Notes under the pieces: generated by a model
What the model saw: only the letters and a program-made list of their open reading frames with translations
The model's database searches: none
Told to the model about the DNA's origin: nothing
Part shown: one piece after another, positions 21,405 through 28,808 of the stretch
How positions within the stretch are numbered: position 1 is the first letter of the stretch
How the letters are laid out: the number at the start of each line of letters is the position of its first letter
Assembly (NCBI RefSeq): GCF_006345805.1
Contig: NW_021833208.1
Coordinates: forward strand, 1 to 28,808
Direction: 5' to 3'
From: Octopus sinensis
Taxonomy: Eukaryota
Length of the DNA stretch: 28,808 nt
Position numbers and translations under genes: made by a program

Positions 21405-21604
21405 TGTCGCTCTTCCTCTCCCTTCTCCATCTCTTTTTCCTCTCACTATATCATTTTAGCTTTCTCTACTTCTATCATTCTCTCTTTGTCACCCTCTTTT
21501 TTTTTACTACAATATACATCTATCTATCTATCTATCTATCAATCTATCTATCTATCTATCAATCTATCTATCTATCTATCAATCTATCTATCTATCTATC
21601 TATC

Positions 21605-21979
21605 TAGCGAATGTTTCAAAAAAGATGGGTGAATGTAGCAAGGATGACACGTATGAATGACGAAGCCACCTTGAGCATAATCCCATGAACCCGGAAAAAT
21701 TTAAAACAGAGAGTTACTTACTTGCAAATAAAAGTGTTAACATGTGACACTATTGACCGAGGTTACCGTGGTCTTTTCCGTAGGCTTTTCTTTCCACGGA
21801 TAAACCTTGTCTGCTTCTCTCTTTACACTTTACGTCATGACATTTCTGTGATACACGATCCCTATTGATCGTTTTTTTCTCTTTTTACGATCCCTTTTGA
21901 TCGAAAACCTACTCCCTTTTTATTTTTTCTTTGTAATTTGTCCCCTCTGTGTTCATCCGTGTGTGGCTAATAAAGAAAC
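21605..21979 (+). mobile_element. Tx1/L1-like element, copy 3 (diverged, 5'-truncated)
   Basis: Aligns with 8818-9364, with a shorter T-rich tract. Flanked by (TATC)n at 21520-21604 and 21981-22097. Confidence 0.9.
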
Positions 21980-21980
21980 A

Positions 21981-22098
<118 letters not shown>

Positions 22099-22515
22099 CG
22101 ATCCCTATTGATCGTTTTGTTTCTCTAAAAAAAAAATTGTTTAAAAATTGAATTGTGTCCCTGTTTGGGGAAATTGACAATATTTTCACCGTCTTTACGG
22201 AAGCATTTTTGTTAAAAAGCCTTCGATAGAAGAAAGTCCAAAAATGATTTCGCTGCAGCCGTACACTTCTATACAAGAGGGAGGACAAGATCCAATTGAT
22301 CGAAATTGCAAGAGACGGGCCTACAATTCCAGTCTGTTATATATTTTGAGTATTGTTATCACTAGCGATATCAAGATATAACTTTGTATTTTGTATTTTA
22401 TGTGTAGATGTATATATATAGATGTACATGTAATAGGTACATATATTATATACACATATTACATGCATAATAATATCTACCCATACACACATCCACACAC
22501 ACACAACATACAATA

Positions 22516-22651
22516 GGGGCAGGTGTGGCTGTGTGGTAACAAACTACGTTCCAAACACATGGTCCTGGGTTCAGTCCCACTGTGTGGTGACTTGGCATGT
22601 GTCTTCTGCTGTAGCTTCAGACCAACAAAAGCCTTCTCAGTGGATTTTGTA
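22516..22651 (+). mobile_element. SINE head/body fragment
   Basis: GGCTGTGTGGTAA...GGGTTCAGTCCCACTG...GTGTCTTCT resembles 1763-1900. Confidence 0.8.
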
Positions 22652-22679
22652 CATATATACAGGCATACATACATTCAGG

Positions 22680-24108
22680 TCAGGGTCAAATAGCCTTCCC
22701 ACTGCTGTCATTCGTGAAACAACCTACGACACTCAAGCGCTTTCAAAGTACATTGTTGAAAATGAGCCTAAATTACTTCCGGACCAGCTGCAGGCCTACT
22801 AAACTATTCTTAACAGTGTTCGCCAACGCGAGGGACGAATCTTCTTCCTCGATGCTCCTGGAGGGACAGGAAAAACATTTATTACAAAGCTTCTCCTTGC
22901 AGAAGTTAGGTAGCATCAGGACATTGCAGTAGCTGTAGCCTCCTCTGGCATTGCAGCTACTTGTTACCCGGTGGCACAGACAGCATACTCAACTTTTAAA
23001 CTCCCTCTCAATTAGCAGCATCCGAAATGCCTTCATGCAACATCAACAAAAGCTCAGATCAGGGACAAGTACTAAAAGTGTTATGTAATTGTCTGGGATG
23101 AGTGCACTATGCTCACAAGGGAGCTTTGGAAGCATTAGATAGAGCCCTGAAAGACATCCGGGACTGTCAGGCTCCAATGGGAGGTGTAACGCTTCTGTTG
23201 TCAGGTGATTTCAGGCAAACTCTTCCTGTCATTCCAAAAGGCATTAGAGCTGATGAAGTTCAAGCACGCCTAAAGTCCTTTACCCTGTGGCATCATGTTA
23301 CAATCTTTAGTCTTACCACTAACATGAGAGCTCAGCTACACGGCGACAAAATGTCCACAAAGTTTGCACAGGAAATTTTGACACTTGGTGAAGGCAAGAT
23401 GCCTCCCGATGCTGCAGGACAAATGGAAGTGTGGTCATTTTCCTCTGTTGTTAATTCTATAGATGACCTCTTTCCCAACTTCACACAAAACTACCAAAAT
23501 CACAATTGGCTGTGTGAAAGAGCAATATTAGCTCCAAAAAACGTCGCTGTTAACAAAATTAATCAACAGCTAATGCATTCTCTTCCCGGCACTATACACA
23601 CTTACAAGTCTGTTGATACAATTCCAGATATAAATGAAGTTGTGAACTATCCTGAATTTCTCAATTCACTGGAGCCTCCTCGACTATCTCCACACATATT
23701 ACCACTTAAAGTTGGAACTCCTGTAATGCTACTCCGCAATCTGGAACCACCAAGACTTTGCAATGGAACACGACTGGTGATAAAGAAAATGATGTCACAC
23801 GTTATCGAGGCGATCTTTCTTTCTGGATGTGGAAAAGGTGATGACGTCTTTATTCCAAGATTTCCTCAGGAGCAGAAATTCCATTTACATTCAGAAGACT
23901 GCAATTCCCCCTTCGTGTCAGCTTTGCCATGTCCATTAACAAATCTCAGGGTCAAACCCTCTCTGTAGCTGGTCTTCTCTTGGAAGAGCCCTGCTTCTCG
24001 CATAGGCAAGTGTATGTTGGCTGCTCAAGAGTAGGAACCAAAAGAAACCTTTTTGTATATGCTCCACAAGGAAAAACAAGGAACATTGTTTACAACGAGG
24101 TGTTATAA
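22680..24108 (+). pseudogene. Helitron RepHel C-terminal PIF1-like helicase remnant
   Basis: DAPGGTGKT (Walker A, 22851), VASSGIAAT, WDE, SGDFRQTLPV, AILAPKN, LKVGTPVMLLRNL, LCNGTRL, FAMSINKSQGQTL and YVGCSRV, ending YNEVL* at 24106-24108. Several stops and frameshifts; longest open part 23102-23968. Confidence 0.92.
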
Positions 24109-24204
24109 CCTCAACAGCCAGGAGGTATATACATGATCCCCTTTTTTACAAACTTCATGTACGTTCATGTATTTATACATATATTTGTGTGTGTGTGTGT
24201 ATAT

Positions 24205-24242
<38 letters not shown>

Positions 24243-24288
24243 ATATATATATATATATATTATATATGGCTTTCCTGGCTCTCTTATT

Positions 24289-24493
24289 ATACATGCGTAT
24301 AGTAAGGGATGACCCTAAGTGGGCATCCAATATGCTACAAGAAGATCTCTACGATCTAACCACAAAGAAAAGAGGTTCTCTAGAGAAATTCAGCAATAGA
24401 GAACATTCTTTTTTTTTGTGGTTAGATCGTAGATTATCTTCTTCTAGTATATTGATGTCCACTTAGTGGTCATCCCTTATTATACGCATGTAT
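24289..24493. repeat. Long imperfect palindrome (~95-bp arms, 14-nt loop)
   Basis: 24289-24382 pairs with 24397-24493 with a few mismatches and indels. Confidence 0.92.
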
Positions 24494-24586
24494 TACAATT
24501 TTTCTGAATTTTCAGATTCTTCTATATGCTAGGCCACTGGTTATAAATTGTTGTTAATTCAATTAATATTCAATTAGATCACCCTC

Positions 24587-24631
<45 letters not shown>

Positions 24632-24656
24632 ATATATATATATAATGTAATGTATG

Positions 24657-24782
24657 TATAGTATAGACAATCAGTAGTTGTCATAATAGGACTCGGAGTT
24701 TCAAACGCCGGAGCTAAGAGCTACGATGTGTTCTCATCGGCTGATTCCTATTATGACAACTTACTGATTGTCCTATACTATA
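24657..24782 (-). ncRNA. Inverted-repeat element enclosing a degenerate hammerhead-like core
   Basis: ~35-bp arms (24657-24691 and 24746-24782). Between them the minus strand reads CCGATGA-GAAC..GTTT-GAAAC-TCCGA-GTC. There is a U4>C change and 7 extra nt between stem I and the core. Confidence 0.5.
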
Positions 24783-24861
24783 CTATATAAATTCCTTTAT
24801 TTACCTATTATCGAGGTCTCATTCTTTTGTTGTCATTTTAATTATTATTATTAATATATTA

Positions 24862-24911
<50 letters not shown>

Positions 24912-24944
24912 ATATATATATGTATGTGTGTGTATATGTGGTTG

Positions 24945-25154
24945 TGTATCTGTGTTTATCGCCCCACTATTGCTTGACGATCGGTGTTGGTGTGTTTACG
25001 TTCCCGTAACTTAGCAGTTCGGCAGAAGATTCCGCTGGAATACTTACTAGGCTTACAAAGAATAAGTCCTGTGGTCGATTTGTTCGACTAAAGGCGGTGC
25101 TCCAGCATGGCCGCTGTCAAATGACTGGAAAAAATAGAAGAATAAAAAAGAATA
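24945..25154 (+). mobile_element. SINE 3' half
   Basis: CGTAACTTAGC.GTTCGGC...AAGAATAAGTCCTG.GGTCGATTTG.TCGACTAAAGGCGGTGCTCCAGCATGGCCG. Confidence 0.85.
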
Positions 25155-25794
25155 CAGAGGTAGCAAAAATAGCTCTAGAATGCCCTGCTGTTTGAATATG
25201 TTTAGGTACGAAAGGGAAAATAATGGGGAGTAAGTTGTGAGGCCCAACTTTCCAAGTTCTTTTACTGGGCTTATGAAAATTGCAGAACCTCGGCAATAAA
25301 TGTGCGAATCTGAGAGGAGAATATCTATGTATATAAAACTCAAGTTGTATGTCTGTGTGTGTATCTGTGTGTGTGTCTGGTAGCCTTCAACTAACACTAT
25401 CTCCTTCGAGACCCTGCAGTGCAAGTTGACCAAAATTGAGAGTATGATAGAAGAAGGCTTGCTCTTCATTCTGTAGAAGATAAAATTCAAATCGGACCAT
25501 GTTAAGACCAAAAATTATTTACATCAAAAAGGTGCTTTTTTTCTATGAAAATCCCTACTTTTTACGATTTTTGACTGCTGTGTCTTCATTTTTCGGTGTA
25601 TTTCAACTGGAAAAATGTTCACTTGAAGAGAATAACATGTTGCATAATGCAAAATTTTTACTTTTCAAAAATTCCAATTCTAAAGGGTCGAAACAAACCC
25701 AAGCAACACCAGGTGATACTGCTAGTGTTGAATAAAATCATAATTAACTGATACTCAAAGCCAGGACTTTTCAGCACCCACCCGTATATGCGTG

Positions 25795-26010
25795 TGTGAA
25801 GATAGGCACAAAGACCTACTTATTGTACCTAACGAGCTTTACTCTTTCACCATCCTTCCCTCTTCTGAGGATCGAATACCGAAGGCTGCACACTATAGGG
25901 CCCTCTCCTGCAATTCTAGCATCCAATTCAAAGCTTCTTGCCTTTCCATCTCTCGTGAATGCGATCACGTGATACTTAAATTTCTCCATTTATCTCCCTG
26001 ATGTTCCTCT
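25795..26010 (-). pseudogene. RTE-clade reverse transcriptase fragment (decayed)
   Basis: Minus strand MEKFKYHVIAFTRDGKARSFELDARIA...VKLVRYNK*VFVP resembles the RTE motif VEKFKYLG.FTSDG...EIDRRI. Confidence 0.6.
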
Positions 26011-26044
26011 CTCCTCCTCTCTCTCTCTCTCTCTCTCTCTGTTC

Positions 26045-26229
26045 TTTCGCTTTTATTCTTTTAGTTGTTTCAGTCGTTAGTGTGCGGCCATGTTAGGGCA
26101 CCGTCTTGAAGGATTTTTAGTCGAATGAGTTCACCTCAGTACTTCAGTTTTCTGTTCGGTACTTATTCTTTCGGCATCTTTTGTCGATCCGCTAAGTTAT
26201 GGGTATGTAAATAAACAATCACCGGTTGC
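26045..26229 (-). mobile_element. SINE 3' half
   Basis: TTGTTTCAGTC...GCGGCCATG...CCGCTAAGTTA, as at 4055 and 10521. Confidence 0.75.
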
Positions 26230-26358
26230 ACACACACACATACACATAGAGAGAGAGGCAGAATGCGCATGTAATTTGTAATTATGGGATATATATATAT
26301 AATATGTATATATGTAATCTATCTATCTGTCTATCTGTCTGTCTGTCTATCTATATAT

Positions 26359-26793
26359 GCAATCGTCTTCCCAATAGCAACATATGGATGCGATACCTGG
26401 ACACCAAAGAAAGCTGACCAGAAGAGAATTAATGAATTCGAGATTTGGTGTTGTTGAAGACTTTTACGGATTCCATGGACAGCGAGGTTCACCAATGGAG
26501 AAGTTTTTAAGCAGATCAGGCCGAAAATGTCACTAGAATCTAGGATCACCAAGCATAGATTGGCATATTTTGGTCATATTATGCGGAGAAAATCTCTGGA
26601 GAAGGACATCATGCTCGGAATGGTCAGTGGCAAGAGAGGAAGAGGCCGACCAAGAACCCGCTGGCTTGTCACCATCAAGAGTGATCCCGGAATGGACATA
26701 GCCAGTCTGAAAGAAGCGACCTTGGATAGAACTGGCTGGAGAACACTGATCCATCGAATAATCGAGGGTCGACCTCGACTGAACGATAGATAG
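26359..26793 (+). pseudogene. RTE (BovB-like) LINE 3' end, 5'-truncated
   Basis: AIVFPIATYGCDTWT...FEIWCC*RLLRIPWTAR.TN.EV...LAYFGHIMRR.SLEKDIMLGMVSGKRGRGRPRTRW...W; ends in a short GATAGATAGAT tail. Confidence 0.9.
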
Positions 26794-26874
26794 ATATAGC
26801 AGTATATATACATAAACTCATATATATATATATTATATATAATATATAATATATAAATATAATATATATATTAT

Positions 26875-26956
26875 TCTTTTATTCTTTTACTTGTTTCAGT
26901 CGTTTGACTTCGGCCATGTTGGAGCACCGCCTTTAGTCGGAGAAATCAAACCCGTC

Positions 26957-26990
<34 letters not shown>

Positions 26991-27272
26991 AAATATTAGG
27001 AATAAATCCAAATTTGCAGGGAAAAATCAGTTTAGGATTGAATCCAATTTTATAGTAAAATATTATATAATATTAATTAGAGAACAAACACCACTATTTT
27101 GTAAATCAAAAAAGGAAAGACTTAATCAATACATAAAAAAAATTTAATATAAAGAAAATAAATAAATAAATAAATAAAAAATATTTACTTTATATTAAAA
27201 TTTTTTTATGTATTGATTAAGTCTTTCCTTGTTTGATTTACAAAATAGTGGTTTTGTCTCTAATTATATTAT

Positions 27273-27324
<52 letters not shown>

Positions 27325-27439
27325 TATATATATATAATATATATATATATATGACGGGCTTCTTTCAGTTTCTGTCTACCAAATCCACTCACAAAGTTTT
27401 GGTCGGCCCGATGCTATAGTGGAAGACACTTGCCCAAGG
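26875..27439 (-). mobile_element. Fragmented SINE (tail 26875-26945, body 27352-27439) enclosing an AT-rich foldback
   Basis: Both parts match the 10521-10949 family. Confidence 0.7.
27074..27266. repeat. AT-rich foldback (~80-bp arms, 33-nt loop)
   Basis: 27074-27154 pairs with 27188-27266 with few mismatches. Confidence 0.9.
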
Positions 27440-27833
27440 GTAAAAAAAATGTCTACCTAGATTTAACACTAAATTAGGGAGGCCACTCATACACGAATAA
27501 ATGTGGTGTGTGTTTCTGCATTTCTTTGTGTTATCTGATCGCGTTATTATTGATGTTGTTGCTATTGCTGTTAAGTTCCTCTCACTTGTTTGATTTTGTT
27601 GTTGTTACATTGACGTATTGTTCATTCTGGTGTGAATCTTGTTGCCAGTTGAGGCTAACAACCCACGCCATTTTACTATAGTGACCTTGTCTTTTGTCCT
27701 TGGCTCTTGTGACAAATAAAGGAACCTAAATAATTTTTTCCGATCAAAAAGTCACGTTTAACACATTTCTATATAAATTCCCACTTTCCTTTTGTCTTAG
27801 TACTGTCCTTGTGGCCAATAAAGAAAGAAATTA

Positions 27834-27868
<35 letters not shown>

Positions 27869-27869
<1 letters not shown>

Positions 27870-28798
27870 TATATTTGACTTTTGCTTTATATTTGCACAA
27901 GTTGGCTCCAAGTCTCACCCAGAGACCTCAAGAGACAACAGGTTGGAAGTTCGTGTTGTTGTTATGCCTAGTGTGCCATATATTTGGTTTTGTATTTAGT
28001 GTTGTACGAGTGAATGTCTAAAAAAAAATCATACGAAAATTATGTTTGTTTTAAAACTTGAGATTACATAGAAAGTATTTTGCGTAGGATATGCGCAGTT
28101 GCCATGAGCACTACCTTTTGAATTTCTGCCATTTTGGGGTTTCCTGGCATCTGAGTTAGGTAGCAATCAGCCCCTTTTGCTATCATTCCCAGGGCACCTA
28201 TGACTACAGGTATTGTTTTAGTCTTCAGATTCCACATTTTGCTGATTTCTATTTCAAGATTTTTATATTTGCTCAGTTTTTGGTAGGTCTTGACAGATAC
28301 GTTCATATCGATTGGGACAGTCATATCAATGAGGAGGCATGTTCTTTGTCTGAAGTCTTTCAATATGATGTCTGGCCTATTTGCATCTATCTTTCTGTCA
28401 GTTTGAATGGTGAAGTTCCAGAGGAGTGAGATGTGGTCATTTTCAAGCACTGGAGTGGTTTGTGTTCTCACCAGTTTTTTTTCATCATGGGGCAAATCCA
28501 GGTTTTTGCAAATTACTCAGTGAATATATTGGCAGCTCTAGCATGCCTGTTGAGACTCTGTAGGCGCTAGAAGACTGCACTTGGAGACAACATGATCAAT
28601 GGTTTCATTTTGTTGTTGACATACACGACATGTTGGGCTACTGCCGTTCTTTAATATGTTGGCCTAGTAGTTTCTTGTTGGTAGGCATAGATCTTGAGCT
28701 GCTATGATAAACCCTTCTGTTTCAGATTTTAAGCCAGAGGCCATTAGCCATTGATGGGTCAGGGCTTTGTCAACATCTGCATTATTCGCTCTTTTGGG
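27869..28798 (-). mobile_element. 5'-truncated R4/Dong-type RLE non-LTR retrotransposon in a (TAA)n array
   Basis: The 3' UTR ends directly in (TAA)n (27831-27868). The 5' break abuts TAA repeats at 28799-28808, at the window edge. Confidence 0.85.
28064..28798 (-). pseudogene. CCHC zinc knuckle plus restriction-like endonuclease C-terminus (R4/Dong)
   Basis: GLKSETEGFIIAAQD, CRVCQQQNETIDHVVSKC, then after stops/frameshift ILLWNF-like ISLLWNFTIQTDRKIDANRPDIIL...LIDMTVP...KLSKY..L...PVVIGALG...VLMATAHILRKIL* (ORF 28064-28495). Confidence 0.9.
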
Positions 28799-28808
28799 TA
28801 TTATTATT

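Noticed and set aside
24503-24532. Helitron 3' terminus (TCTGAA-TT-TTCAGA hairpin, CTAG 12 nt later)
   Set aside because: The hairpin is AT-rich, the next base is G rather than the expected T, and microsatellites and a palindrome separate it from the helicase.
25500-25740. Possible piggyBac-like subterminal motif (GGGTCGAAACAAACCC)
   Set aside because: No TTAA-flanked TIR pair found.

Overview
AT-rich, microsatellite-dense animal DNA made almost entirely of transposon debris; no host protein-coding gene could be supported. The SINE families and repeat landscape suggest an octopus/coleoid cephalopod (inference from recognition, no search run). Recognisable elements: a Tc1 DD34E remnant with an IR/DR-type end; mariner remnants; a Merlin-like MITE (perfect 30-bp TIRs, 8-bp TSD); a Helitron PIF1-like helicase remnant; two R4/Dong-type RLE non-LTR remnants; three 5'-truncated Tx1/L1-like copies; two RTE fragments; and many tRNA-derived SINEs. 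Main signals: (1) Two intact minimal type I hammerhead ribozymes on the minus strand (2090-2134, 2443-2487). Their cleavage sites are 353 nt apart in a tandem repeat, and both have a palindromic stem III. This is the layout of a Penelope-associated pLTR or non-LTR retrozyme that could release a ~353-nt, possibly circular, RNA. Several decayed hammerhead-like relics occur elsewhere, one downstream of a CCAAT/CRE/TATA promoter. (2) A Tx1-like LINE whose three copies all sit inside (TATC)n arrays, and whose last 41 nt are colinear with the 3' tail of a local SINE family, a candidate SINE-LINE partnership. All protein and family assignments come from motif recognition by eye.
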